64,000 nt of DNA from an uncultured Veillonellaceae bacterium (GTDB taxonomy: Bacteria; Bacillota; Negativicutes; JARBTT01): positions 192,001 through 256,000 of the forward strand of contig CAWDTA010000001.1 in assembly GCA_963805085.1 (NCBI GenBank), read 5' to 3'. The first letter of the stretch is position 1; each line of letters starts with the position of its first letter. The position numbers and the translations under genes were made by a program. Below are positions 8,820 through 18,601 of this stretch, piece after piece. The notes beneath the pieces are model-generated. The model saw nothing but the letters and a program-made list of their open reading frames with translations, made no database searches and was not told the origin of the DNA.

Positions 8820-9899
8820 ATGAGTAGCCAGGAAATGGTGTTACTAAACAAGGACGAATTGCATCAGTTGATTAAGGATAAAGTGATGAGGGCTGGTTTG
8901 CCTGAGGAGCATGCGGAGGAGCTTGCGAATCATTTGAGCTATGCAGATAGCAGGGGCGTACATTCTCATGGTGCTGTGCGTGTGGAATATTATTCGGAAC
9001 GGATTGCTAAGGGGGGGAGCAATGTAAAGCCTAATTTATCCTTTAGAAAGACAGGCCCGTGTACAGGTATTTACGAAGGGGATAACGCAATCGGGATGCT
9101 TGTGGCAAGAAACGGTATGCGTGAAGCAATCAAGATGGCGAAGGAAAATGGAATCGGTTTTGTCGGTATGCGTGAGTTGGGGCATTGTGGAACACTTTCC
9201 TATTTCCTCAGAATGGCTGCCGAAGAAAATATGATTGCTATGTCCATGTGTCAATCTGATCCTATGGTTGTACCATATGGCTCCGCTGAACCTTACTTTG
9301 GAACGAATCCTATCGGTTTTGCATTTCCGTGTGCAGGTCACTCACCAATTATCTTTGATATGGCGACTACGGTTGGCGCTTGGGGAAAAATTTTGGATGC
9401 CAGAGCGAAAAATAAGCCTATTCCTGAGACTTGGGCGGTAGATAAGGAAGGACATCCTACTGTAGATCCATTTGCCGTTGCTGGTCTAGTGGCTATTGCA
9501 GGCCCTAAGGGATATGGTTTGATGATGATGGTCGATATTTTATGCGGCTCTTTGTTAGGTGTTCCATTTGGGAAAAGTGTAAGTTCGATGTATGCTGATC
9601 TTTCTGCCGGACGTGAGTTAGGACAGGTTCATTTAGTTATAAATCCAGATTATTTTTCATCTATTGATCAATTTAAAAATAACGTACGTAAAATGGTCGA
9701 TGAACTCCATGCACTTCGTCCAGCTGCGGGTTTTGATCAAGTGATCGTTCCAGGCGAATCTTCCGACAAGAAGGCGAAAGAATATGAACGCAAAGGAATT
9801 CCGATTGTAAAAGAAATCTATGATTATCTTGTCAGTGATGACATCCATTACAACCGCTATGACGGGAAAAGCGCTTTTGCTTCTGATTCATTAGATTAA
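8820..9899 (+). CDS. allD: Ureidoglycolate dehydrogenase (Ldh_2 family)
   Basis: Motifs ADSRGVHSHGAVRVEYYSERI, HCGTLSYF, CQSDPMVVP, GTNPI, FDMATTV.AWGK, GPKGYGL. The C-terminal YLVSDDIHYNRY matches AllD. Confidence 0.93.
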   Translation: MSSQEMVLLNKDELHQLIKDKVMRAGLPEEHAEELANHLSYADSRGVHSHGAVRVEYYSERIAKGGSNVKPNLSFRKTGPCTGIYEGDNAIGMLVARNGMREAIKMAKENGIGFVGMRELGHCGTLSYFLRMAAEENMIAMSMCQSDPMVVPYGSAEPYFGTNPIGFAFPCAGHSPIIFDMATTVGAWGKILDARAKNKPIPETWAVDKEGHPTVDPFAVAGLVAIAGPKGYGLMMMVDILCGSLLGVPFGKSVSSMYADLSAGRELGQVHLVINPDYFSSIDQFKNNVRKMVDELHALRPAAGFDQVIVPGESSDKKAKEYERKGIPIVKEIYDYLVSDDIHYNRYDGKSAFASDSLD

Positions 9900-9904
9900 A
9901 AAAA

Positions 9905-9957
9905 CAGTAATAAGCAAAAGGGTCTCAACAGGTATTGAGACCCTTTCGTTTATTACT
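9905..9957 (+). terminator. Stem-loop between allD and the chemoreceptor gene
   Basis: Core stem aaagggtctcaa/ttgagacccttt extended by agtaataag/tttattact. Confidence 0.6.
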
Positions 9958-10012
9958 TAGACTATGGAACAACTATATATTGAAAAATAACTTGAGGGAA
10001 AGGGCGGAAAAT

Positions 10013-12001
10013 ATGTTTATTTTAACGAACAGTAATTTTGGTATTAAAACCAAGTTAATCCTAGCTTTTGCCACGATTTTATTGATTCCTAGTTTATGTA
10101 TTGGCTGGTTTTCCTATAAAACAGCTTACAACAAGGTAGAAGAGAACATGCTAGAAGGCGCCAATGAAAGTGTAATCATGCTAAATCATATACTGAACCA
10201 GGTCATTACGGATACACAGAAAAATGTAGATTTTATGGCTGATAGAATTGCTTTGGGCGGCGTGGGCGCAGTGCAAGGGGATGAAGATCCATTTGTTAGA
10301 ACGATGCTTGATGCTTACAAAGCAACCCATACGGATGTAGAACTTGCGGCTGTTGGTACTGATAAGGGTGTATATATCAATTCTCCAGTAACTGCAGTCA
10401 ATGCGCCGGGGTATGATCCGAGAAAACGCCCGTGGTACATCAATGCATTAGAAAATAAAGGCAAACCGACAGTGATTAATCCTTATATTTCAAGCAATAG
10501 CGGTCAGGTTGTAGTCACAGTATCGCAGGCGGTCGGTGATGGTCATGGGATTGTCTCTATCAGCCTTTCATTACAAGAGTTGGCGAAAATTGCGAATGAA
10601 ATAAAGGTTGGTAAAGAAGGTTATGTTTACATATTAGATAAAAATAGTAATGTTTTAGTACATCCGACACTGAAACCGGGCTCTAAAGCAGAGGAACCTG
10701 TTTTTGAAGAAATGATGAAACAAAAACAAGGTATTATGCGCTATGAGTCTGAAGGGCAGAAGAGACTAGCTTTTCTTATCACCAATGAAAAGACGGGCTG
10801 GCTCATTGGCAGTACTATGCCTGAGGCTGAAATTATCGCAGCAGCAAGGCCGATTTTAATAACGACGTTAGGCATCGTATTATTGTTTATTGTAATTGGA
10901 AGCGTCATTACATATTTTGTTACTTTATCGATTACAAGACCATTACAAGTACTTGTTGATGCTTCGGAACAAATTAGTAATGGCGATTTAAGGGTGAATA
11001 TTCCAATCACTTCTCAGGATGAGTTTGGCAAGTTAAGTATAAGTTTTAATAAAATGAGTAATTCCTTGCGTAAATTCCTGCAACAAATGCGACAAACAGG
11101 GGAACAACTTTCGGCATCAAGTGAACAACTATCTGCTAGTGCCCATGAGTCGGCACAGGCATCTACGCAAGTTGCTGGCTCTATTGCAGACGTTGCACAT
11201 AGTGTGGAATTACAATTGAATGAGATTGATGATACCACGGGAACGGTGCATAAAATGTCCACGAATATTGGGCAAGCTGCAGTTACAACGAAACAAGTAT
11301 TTAGACAATCGGCTGAAGCGACGGAGAAAGCTGCCGATGGTAGTAACGCAATTGATAAGGCGGTAAATCAGATGGCACAGATTGAACAGACGGTGAATAC
11401 GTCTGCGCAAGTAGTCGCAAAACTAGGGGAACGTTCTAAGGAAATCGGGCAGATTGTCGATACGATATCTGGTATCGCTGGACAAACAAATCTTCTAGCG
11501 CTAAACGCTGCGATTGAAGCCGCTCGTGCCGGTGAACAAGGTAGAGGTTTTGCTGTAGTGGCTGACGAGGTAAGAAAGCTCGCCGAGCAATCGCAAGAGG
11601 CAGCCAAACAAATTGCTTCGCTGATTACCGAAATTCAAAAAGATACGGATAAAGCCGTACTAACGATGAATGATGGTACTCGAGAAGTTAAGATGGGCGC
11701 AGAGGTTGTTGATGTTGCCGGAAAAGCATTCAAGGAGATCGTAGTACTCGTGACGCAGGTTTCGGATCAAGTAAAGGAATTTTCTGCTTCTACAGAGCAG
11801 TTGGCGAATGGTAGCCAGCATATCGTAGGTGCAATGAATAAAATTGATAAAATGAGTAAAACTGTAGCAATGGAAGCTGAAACGGTGTCAGCAGCAACCG
11901 AAGAACAGTCAGCATCTATGCAAGAAATTGCTGCTGCTAGCCAAGCTTTGCTACAAGCAGCGCAAGATCTTCAAGATGAAGTATGTAAGTTCAAGTTGTA
12001 A
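10013..12001 (+). CDS. Methyl-accepting chemotaxis protein (TM-dCache-TM-HAMP-MA)
   Basis: Two TM helices, YDPRKRPWY Cache motif, HAMP ([13 protein letters not shown]), [33 protein letters not shown] at 10013 follows a purine-rich SD. Confidence 0.95.
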   Translation: MFILTNSNFGIKTKLILAFATILLIPSLCIGWFSYKTAYNKVEENMLEGANESVIMLNHILNQVITDTQKNVDFMADRIALGGVGAVQGDEDPFVRTMLDAYKATHTDVELAAVGTDKGVYINSPVTAVNAPGYDPRKRPWYINALENKGKPTVINPYISSNSGQVVVTVSQAVGDGHGIVSISLSLQELAKIANEIKVGKEGYVYILDKNSNVLVHPTLKPGSKAEEPVFEEMMKQKQGIMRYESEGQKRLAFLITNEKTGWLIGSTMPEAEIIAAARPILITTLGIVLLFIVIGSVITYFVTLSITRPLQVLVDASEQISNGDLRVNIPITSQDEFGKLSISFNKMSNSLRKFLQQMRQTGEQLSASSEQLSASAHESAQASTQVAGSIADVAHSVELQLNEIDDTTGTVHKMSTNIGQAAVTTKQVFRQSAEATEKAADGSNAIDKAVNQMAQIEQTVNTSAQVVAKLGERSKEIGQIVDTISGIAGQTNLLALNAAIEAARAGEQGRGFAVVADEVRKLAEQSQEAAKQIASLITEIQKDTDKAVLTMNDGTREVKMGAEVVDVAGKAFKEIVVLVTQVSDQVKEFSASTEQLANGSQHIVGAMNKIDKMSKTVAMEAETVSAATEEQSASMQEIAAASQALLQAAQDLQDEVCKFKL

Positions 12002-12027
12002 TATACGAGCCTTGTAGTAAATATTAG

Positions 12028-12103
12028 AGGGGGCGTGCTGAACAATCAGTGCGCTCCTTTTTTGCATGAAAATAAAGCCCGGACTTTGAAAGTGCGGGCT
12101 TTT
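12028..12103. terminator. Two back-to-back terminators between convergent genes
   Basis: gggcgtgctga/tcagtgcgctc plus T-tract on the + strand; aaagcccg/cgggcttt for the - strand. Confidence 0.7.
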
Positions 12104-12119
12104 GAAGTAATGGTATCGG

Positions 12120-12986
12120 CTATAGTTCAGTTCTAGTTTCTAGCCATTGTATTATTTCGTCATATGCTAATCTTCCTGACTCGTCATCTAGAGCCCTATC
12201 GAAGTCGTGGGCTTCTTTATAGATGGTGATAAGGTGAGTGTTTGGAAGTTGTTTGCTTAATGTTTTGGTCACTTTATATGGTACATCGGGGTCTAGCGTT
12301 GCCGCAACCAAAATCGTCGGGGGAAAAGTTTTAAGGGTTTGACTATCTAATGAATAGTTTGCGGGAGGTTCTTTGCCACAAAGAACCTCTATCCAAGAAC
12401 CTTCTTGCCTTGCTTTTATGTAGAGCGAAAACCTCAAATTCATTGGGCCATAGGTGATTGGGGTATCCGTGATGATTTTTTCTATGGCGTCATCTGGTAT
12501 TTTGGCTAATTTATTATAATATTTGCTAGGTGTGTTAAACTGAGTCTCGTCAAGTCTAGTGTAGCCATAAAGGCTTATCATTGCGAGTGGCATGGCAGAG
12601 TGGGAGCTTATTAACTTATTGCATAGCATAAAGCAGAGATAGGCACCTGCTGATCTGCCAAATAGCACGTATTTGTTGTTTTTTAATTCAAATACCTTGT
12701 CTGAATTGTTCAAATAAAAAAGAAGTGTTTCAAACACTGATTTTAAAATCAGTTCTAGCTTTGTTTCTGGTGCTAAGGGATAATCTAACGCTAAAAAATC
12801 ATAGCCAGCATCTAAAAATTTAGTTATATAAATTTCTGGTAGATCATCTCTGGTTCCATATAGCAATCCACCACCATGAAAATATAGTATGGTTATATTT
12901 TTTCTGTTGTTTATCGTTCTATGTAGATCCATATGCAGCTTGATATTTTCTTTGGTTATAAAGCTAAAAACCTCTGGACTATTCAT
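12120..12986 (-). CDS. Alpha/beta hydrolase (HSL/esterase-like)
   Basis: HGGG oxyanion motif, DYPLAPE, nucleophile elbow GRSAG, D and H (EAHDF). The start overlaps the stop of the upstream regulator. Confidence 0.88.
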   Translation of the reverse strand: MNSPEVFSFITKENIKLHMDLHRTINNRKNITILYFHGGGLLYGTRDDLPEIYITKFLDAGYDFLALDYPLAPETKLELILKSVFETLLFYLNNSDKVFELKNNKYVLFGRSAGAYLCFMLCNKLISSHSAMPLAMISLYGYTRLDETQFNTPSKYYNKLAKIPDDAIEKIITDTPITYGPMNLRFSLYIKARQEGSWIEVLCGKEPPANYSLDSQTLKTFPPTILVAATLDPDVPYKVTKTLSKQLPNTHLITIYKEAHDFDRALDDESGRLAYDEIIQWLETRTEL

Positions 12987-14607
12987 TGTGTTTTCTCCCG
13001 TCAATCAATTTAAACAGCCTTGCAGCTATTTGAAATTGAAGCAGCTCTTCTGCGTTTGCGAAATCTATGCCTAGTACATTTTTTATTTTTTCAATTCTAT
13101 ACCGTACCGTTTTGGGGTGAAGAAATAGTTTTTCAGAGGTAAGGTTGTAGCTTTGGTTTGTATTGAGAAAAGCTTTTAGTGTCTCAAATAATAGTGGGTA
13201 GTCGTTTCTGAATTTAATTGTTTTTGGCGATATGAAAGTTTTGATATTGTCCAGACTGTTTTGGTCTAAGAATAATTTGTAAATGCCTAACTCTTCATAA
13301 GGCAATATTTTATTCGTATTGTGGAATAGTTTTAGCACCTTTTGGGTATCCAAAACTTCTAAGTTTGCCTTTGGAATGCCAGCCTTTTCTACCATTGAAC
13401 TTATACTTACATAATAATAGAAATCTTTAAATAGATTATTTTCAGATAGCCCGGTCATTATTTTATCAATAGACTCTACAGTAATCCCAGGGTGTGCATC
13501 ATTAAAATTAAGGATAAAAACGACTCTATCCAATTTTTCACGAAAAACAATATCTTTAAAACAAGATTTAAATTTGGTTCTAATCTCCCTTAGTGTTTGG
13601 GACATGAGATTGGTGTCTAGATTTTTATTTTCGTCTCGTTGATACAGATTGATCAACGTTATTTGGTAGTTCTTATGTCTATTTAAATTGAGGGAGTCAA
13701 GAACCTCGTCAATATCTTTTGTTTCGTAGAGTCGGCCATTTAATAAGTCACTGATAATGTTGTTTTTTTGTTGAAATAGATTTTGTGAAATCACATAGTT
13801 TCGGAGGAGTTCCATTTGTAAAAATTTCACGCCGTTTTCTATGACCATGAAATCCTCGGAGCTGATTTGATCCAGAAGTTCGTGAATCACCAGTTCGTAG
13901 TCATTATAGCCGAGATTAGGTATGCGGACTCTAAGCTGTTTGCCGGTCATCTTTGGATTCGTACGATTATAGATGACTTCTTTGCGCTCATAGTTGAAAT
14001 GCATGTACTTTTTAGTTAAAACTTCACTTGTACCAATCACTGTTACGTCGCAAAGGTCGGGTTTTGTACTGATTTCAGTTCCCTTGGTAGCATTAATCAG
14101 ACTTACATCATGTAGTATCATTTTTTTGAATTCGCATAAGATTGTTTCCATCGATGGCATTTTCAGTGCAAGGCTGGTTAATTCGCTATGCACTTCATAA
14201 TATTTATTGAGCAGATTCACATTTTTATTTATGATTGGCCCTAAAATATCGAGAATGATGGACTCATATTTTACATCCTTATTAATTTGGACTAACGGGA
14301 TTGCATGTTTGTCGCAAAGCTCAATGATGATCGTTGGGATTTGGCGAACCAGTCTATCAATCTTAATAATGACTGCACTAATCCCTAAAGTATGGAGCTT
14401 TTCAAAAAATGTATCCAATTCATGATCATTCAAATTTTGTAGAGCAAAAAAGCTAGTGATGATTACCTCTCCAGAACGCCCCCAATTTGTGATGTCAGTT
14501 GCTTCCAGTATATTGACCCCAGTTATTTCATTTGACAGTTCATTTTTAGCGGCTAGTAATTTTGCTCCATGAAGACAGTTCATTTTTAGTAGGTCTTTAA
14601 TGTTCAA
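12979..14607 (-). CDS. PucR-family purine catabolism transcriptional regulator
   Basis: N-terminal PucR domain (LLAA...ITGVNILEATD...GEVIIT...IPL) and C-terminal HTH_30 (TSEKLFLHPKTVRYRIEKI). TTG start at 14607 after AAGGAG. Confidence 0.92.
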   Translation of the reverse strand: MNIKDLLKMNCLHGAKLLAAKNELSNEITGVNILEATDITNWGRSGEVIITSFFALQNLNDHELDTFFEKLHTLGISAVIIKIDRLVRQIPTIIIELCDKHAIPLVQINKDVKYESIILDILGPIINKNVNLLNKYYEVHSELTSLALKMPSMETILCEFKKMILHDVSLINATKGTEISTKPDLCDVTVIGTSEVLTKKYMHFNYERKEVIYNRTNPKMTGKQLRVRIPNLGYNDYELVIHELLDQISSEDFMVIENGVKFLQMELLRNYVISQNLFQQKNNIISDLLNGRLYETKDIDEVLDSLNLNRHKNYQITLINLYQRDENKNLDTNLMSQTLREIRTKFKSCFKDIVFREKLDRVVFILNFNDAHPGITVESIDKIMTGLSENNLFKDFYYYVSISSMVEKAGIPKANLEVLDTQKVLKLFHNTNKILPYEELGIYKLFLDQNSLDNIKTFISPKTIKFRNDYPLLFETLKAFLNTNQSYNLTSEKLFLHPKTVRYRIEKIKNVLGIDFANAEELLQFQIAARLFKLIDGRKHNE

Positions 14608-14629
14608 ATTACTACTCCTTTCTCCTTTA

Positions 14630-14727
14630 GGTATAAAAAAAGCGTGATTTTTATAAGTTTTATACCAATGATAATACAAAAAAATCATGATATAATGACG
14701 ATAAAATTAGATTTAACAAAATGTTAA
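14630..14727. promoter_or_regulatory. Divergent pucR/fdrA promoter region with inverted repeats
   Basis: ggtataaaa-N19-ttttatacc (14630-14666), TGATATAAT extended -10 near 14688-14696, ttaaca-aaa-tgttaa (14713-14727). Confidence 0.5.
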
Positions 14728-14748
14728 CACAATAAAGGAGAATTGGAA

Positions 14749-17700
14749 ATGCTATATACGGTAATTAAGAAAAATAATTATCAAGATTCTATTAATCTTA
14801 TGTTGCTCACAAATTCGATTAATACTCTTGCCGGTATAACAAAATGTTCAATCATGATGGGAACGAATGCCAATAAGGATATCCTTAAAAATAGTGGACT
14901 GCTTACAGTTGAAGCTGAAAGTGCAGCGCCAAGCGATATGATAATTGTAGTAGAAACACCAGATGAAAAAAATGTTGAAAACGTTCTTGTTGAGACGGAT
15001 AAATTCTTAAATGACCTAGCGGTTAAGAAAAAGAAAAATAGTGTTGAAAGTGTAACGAGTATAGAAGCGGCCTTGGAAGAATTGCCTGATGCGAATTTAG
15101 CGCTGTTTTCCATACCGGGAGAATACGCAGCCGATGAGATTGAAAAAGCGCTTGATCAAGGATTACACGTATTTTCTTTCACCGATAACATCGCTGTAGA
15201 AGATGAAGTAAGATTAAAGAAAAAGGCGCATGAAAAAGGTTTATTGTTAATGGGGCCTGACTGTGGTACAGGTATTATCTCTAGTATTCCGGTTGCATTT
15301 ACGAATGTTGTGCGTCCTGGAAATATAGGTATTGTAGGTGCTTCTGGTACAGGAATACAAGAAGTTACAACCATGATTGATAAACTTGGTGGCGGCGTTG
15401 TCCATGCGATCGGTACTGGTGGTCATGACTTAAGTGAAGCTGTAAATGGGACAACGGTTCGTGATGTAATCCTTGGACTTGAACAGCATGATCCTACAGA
15501 TGTAATTGTAGTGATATCTAAGCCACCAGCGAAAAAGGTGCGGAATGAAATAGTAGAACTTTTACAAAATCTTTCGAAACCTGTAGTTGCTATATTCTTG
15601 GGTGAAAAACCAGAATGTCATGAAGGAAATGTATATTTAGCGCATACACTCGAAGAAGCGGCAATGATGGCAGTAGATCTTGCAAAAAATAACCCTGTAA
15701 AAGCAAATTATATGGAACCGATAAAGTATGAAGTAGAAACTGTATTAGCAGCAGATAAAACGGTAAAAGGCTTATATTCGGGTGGTACGCTTGCAGCAGA
15801 AGCTAGTATGTTAATTACGGAAGCTTTAGACCTTGGAAATTCAGTGAAAAAAGAAGGCTATGTTTTAAACGCAGATGGCTATGAAGTCATGGATTTAGGC
15901 GATGACATCTATACACAAGGCAAGCCGCATCCAATGATCGATCCTGAAGTTAGAATCAATAAGATTAAAGAATGTGCAAAAGATGCAAATACGGGTGTAA
16001 TCTTATTTGATTGTGTATTGGGTTATGGATCTCATCCGGATATGGCGGGTGCTTTATCTGGAGCAATCAAGGAAGTTATGCAAGAAGCAAAAGAAACGGG
16101 GCGTTCCTTATACTTTGTAGCAACCGTTTGTGGTACCGAAGCTGACCCGCAAAACTACCAAGCGACGATAAGAACTTTAAAAGAATGCGACGTATTGGTA
16201 GAATCAAGTAATGCAAGAGCTGTAAGACTTGCACTTAAATTAAAAGGAATTGAAGTGACAGAAGCCGATAAACATTTGGTAGAAAAACATGTAGAAAAGA
16301 AACCATTGCCACAAGTAAGTGAAAGCGTAATGGAACTTTTAAACTCAAAACCACGTGTTGTAAATATTGGTCTTGCCAGCTTTACTGAATCTATTGTGGC
16401 ATATGGCGGGAATACCGTCCAATATGATTGGAAACCAGCAGCAGGCGGCGATAAAAAGCTGATAAAAATATTAAATAAACTTTCAAAACTAGAAGAGATA
16501 GAAAAAGCAAATCAAGAAGTCATTGATAAAATGAAAAGCTCACAGCCTTTCTTGGTAGACGTAGTACTAGCAAAATCAGTTATAGCGATTTTAAATGATA
16601 AAGTATTGCTTCATGCAGGACCACCGATTGAATATAAAAATATGACAGGCCCAATGAAAGGCTCTTGTATTGGTGCAGTATTATTCGAAGGTTGGGCAGA
16701 GGATGAAACGAGTGCAAAAGCTTTACTAGAAAGTGGAGCGGTGAAATTCAGCCCATGCCATCATGCAAATGCAGTAGGACCTATGGGGGGAATCACCTCA
16801 GGTAACATGCCGGTACTTGTTGTGGAAAATAAGTTAGACGGATCGGTTGCTTATTGCATCATGAACGAAGGAATAGGCAAAGTGCTTAGATTTGGTGCTT
16901 ATTCTGAAGAGGTTGTAAACAGACTCAAATGGATGAGAGATTCTTTAGGGCCAGTATTATCTAAAGCGTTAAAAAGAAAAGAAGGCGGCTTGAACCTTAC
17001 GGGACTCATTGCGAAAGCGATTACCATGGGAGATGAATTCCACCAAAGAAATATAGCTGCTACACTTAACTTTTTGAAAGAAATCACGCCATTAATCGTG
17101 GAGCTCGATATTGACGAAAAAGAAAAACACAGCGTGATAAAATTCTTGGCAGATACAGATCAATTTTTCTTAAACATTATGATGGCTGCAGGTAAAGCGA
17201 TCGTAGATTGTGCGAGAAAAGTTACAAGTGGTACGGTAATTACAACAATGTCTAGAAATGGACAAAATTTCGGGGTGAGAATTAGCGGTATGGGTGATGA
17301 GTGGTTCACCGCACCAGTGAACACGCCAAACGGACTATATTTCACAGGGTATTCGGAAAGTGATGCAAATCCAGATATCGGCGATAGCGCGATTACAGAA
17401 ACAGTCGGTGTCGGCGGTATGGCAATGGTGGCAGCACCTGGCGTTACGCGGTTTGTCGGCGCAGGCGGTTTTGATGATGCCTTAAGAGTGTCAAATGAAA
17501 TGGATAAAATTTGTATTGCCAACAATTCAAATTGGAGTATTCCAACTTGGGATTTCAAGGGCACTTGCCTAGGCATTGATGCGAGAAAAGTAGTGGCAAC
17601 TGGCATTACGCCGCTAATCAATACGGGTATCGCACATAAAAATGCTGGTGTAGGTCAAATTGGAGCAGGAACAGTGCGTGCGCCACTGGCTTGCTTCGAA

Positions 17701-17754
17701 AAAGCAATTATTGCCTATGCGAAAAAACTAGGAATAGATGTTGACCAAGAATAA
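14749..17754 (+). CDS. fdrA: Fused FdrA (AllF) + YlbE/DUF1116 (AllG): putative oxamate carbamoyltransferase subunits
   Basis: N-half YQDSINLM, MGPDCGT, GASGTGIQE, GLYSGGTLA, DLGDDIYTQGKPHPMIDP. C-half LHAGPPI, PCHHANAVGPMGG, MGDEFHQRN, GDSAITET, INTGIAHK...GQIGAG. One uninterrupted ~1000-aa frame. Confidence 0.9.
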   Translation: MLYTVIKKNNYQDSINLMLLTNSINTLAGITKCSIMMGTNANKDILKNSGLLTVEAESAAPSDMIIVVETPDEKNVENVLVETDKFLNDLAVKKKKNSVESVTSIEAALEELPDANLALFSIPGEYAADEIEKALDQGLHVFSFTDNIAVEDEVRLKKKAHEKGLLLMGPDCGTGIISSIPVAFTNVVRPGNIGIVGASGTGIQEVTTMIDKLGGGVVHAIGTGGHDLSEAVNGTTVRDVILGLEQHDPTDVIVVISKPPAKKVRNEIVELLQNLSKPVVAIFLGEKPECHEGNVYLAHTLEEAAMMAVDLAKNNPVKANYMEPIKYEVETVLAADKTVKGLYSGGTLAAEASMLITEALDLGNSVKKEGYVLNADGYEVMDLGDDIYTQGKPHPMIDPEVRINKIKECAKDANTGVILFDCVLGYGSHPDMAGALSGAIKEVMQEAKETGRSLYFVATVCGTEADPQNYQATIRTLKECDVLVESSNARAVRLALKLKGIEVTEADKHLVEKHVEKKPLPQVSESVMELLNSKPRVVNIGLASFTESIVAYGGNTVQYDWKPAAGGDKKLIKILNKLSKLEEIEKANQEVIDKMKSSQPFLVDVVLAKSVIAILNDKVLLHAGPPIEYKNMTGPMKGSCIGAVLFEGWAEDETSAKALLESGAVKFSPCHHANAVGPMGGITSGNMPVLVVENKLDGSVAYCIMNEGIGKVLRFGAYSEEVVNRLKWMRDSLGPVLSKALKRKEGGLNLTGLIAKAITMGDEFHQRNIAATLNFLKEITPLIVELDIDEKEKHSVIKFLADTDQFFLNIMMAAGKAIVDCARKVTSGTVITTMSRNGQNFGVRISGMGDEWFTAPVNTPNGLYFTGYSESDANPDIGDSAITETVGVGGMAMVAAPGVTRFVGAGGFDDALRVSNEMDKICIANNSNWSIPTWDFKGTCLGIDARKVVATGITPLINTGIAHKNAGVGQIGAGTVRAPLACFEKAIIAYAKKLGIDVDQE

Positions 17755-18598
17755 AGTGCAAGAAAGTAGAGAGGCAAAGAGCAATCTATTGCCTTTCTAT
17801 TTAAAAAATCATAGCGTGGGTAAAGTGCACAGCAAATTTAATAAAGGACTCAATCTGCAATTTGAGGATGCTTTGATTTATGTTGGTTGTATCGGTACCC
17901 CTCTAGCGGCATTTGGAATGAATCTAGAACAAGAAAAACTAAAAAAAATACTTAATTCTGTAAAAATCGATGATATGGTTGTAAAAAAAGAGCAGCAGCT
18001 CATTTTCTATAGCTTTGATGAAATAATAGAAATTTATGATGAAAATATAGAAGAAATTGATTTGAAGATTCCTAAAATAAAATGCAAGATTGGTGAGATT
18101 GCTGACTCTGCGCTATATCAATATCTAGAAAACATTGAAATTAAGAAATCTATAGGAATTGATATAGATGAAAGAACCAGCAGATATCTAGAACTGCTGC
18201 TAAAATCTGACAAGAACGATTCGAATTTAAATTTGCGCATCATAAAGTTTTTTGCTGGCAGAGGCAAGGGATTGACGCCTAGCGGTGATGATATACTCTT
18301 GGGATTTACGCTGGGACTCAGCTTATTTGGCAGCTTCGAGTCTTGGAGAGAAACGCTTGCATCCGCAGTTACTGAAGAAGAGACGACCATGATCAGCGTG
18401 GCATACCTCACTGCTTTACTGCAAGGGTATGCAAGTGAACCCTGCATACATCTCGTGGAACTGTTAGATGGCGGTGAGACAGCGCAAATTGAAAAAATAG
18501 TAAAACAAGTAATGTCATTTGGTCATACTTCAGGAAGTGATACCTTGTTTGGATTTCTATTAGGATTAAAATTTTTAATACATCAATGGGAGGGATAA
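17738..18598 (+). CDS. ylbF: DUF2877/YlbF (AllH) oxamate carbamoyltransferase subunit
   Basis: GRGKGLTPSGDDILLG, TTMIS, GHTSGSDTLFG; directly follows fdrA-ylbE. Confidence 0.88.
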   Translation: MLTKNKVQESREAKSNLLPFYLKNHSVGKVHSKFNKGLNLQFEDALIYVGCIGTPLAAFGMNLEQEKLKKILNSVKIDDMVVKKEQQLIFYSFDEIIEIYDENIEEIDLKIPKIKCKIGEIADSALYQYLENIEIKKSIGIDIDERTSRYLELLLKSDKNDSNLNLRIIKFFAGRGKGLTPSGDDILLGFTLGLSLFGSFESWRETLASAVTEEETTMISVAYLTALLQGYASEPCIHLVELLDGGETAQIEKIVKQVMSFGHTSGSDTLFGFLLGLKFLIHQWEG

Positions 18599-18601
18599 CA
18601 C

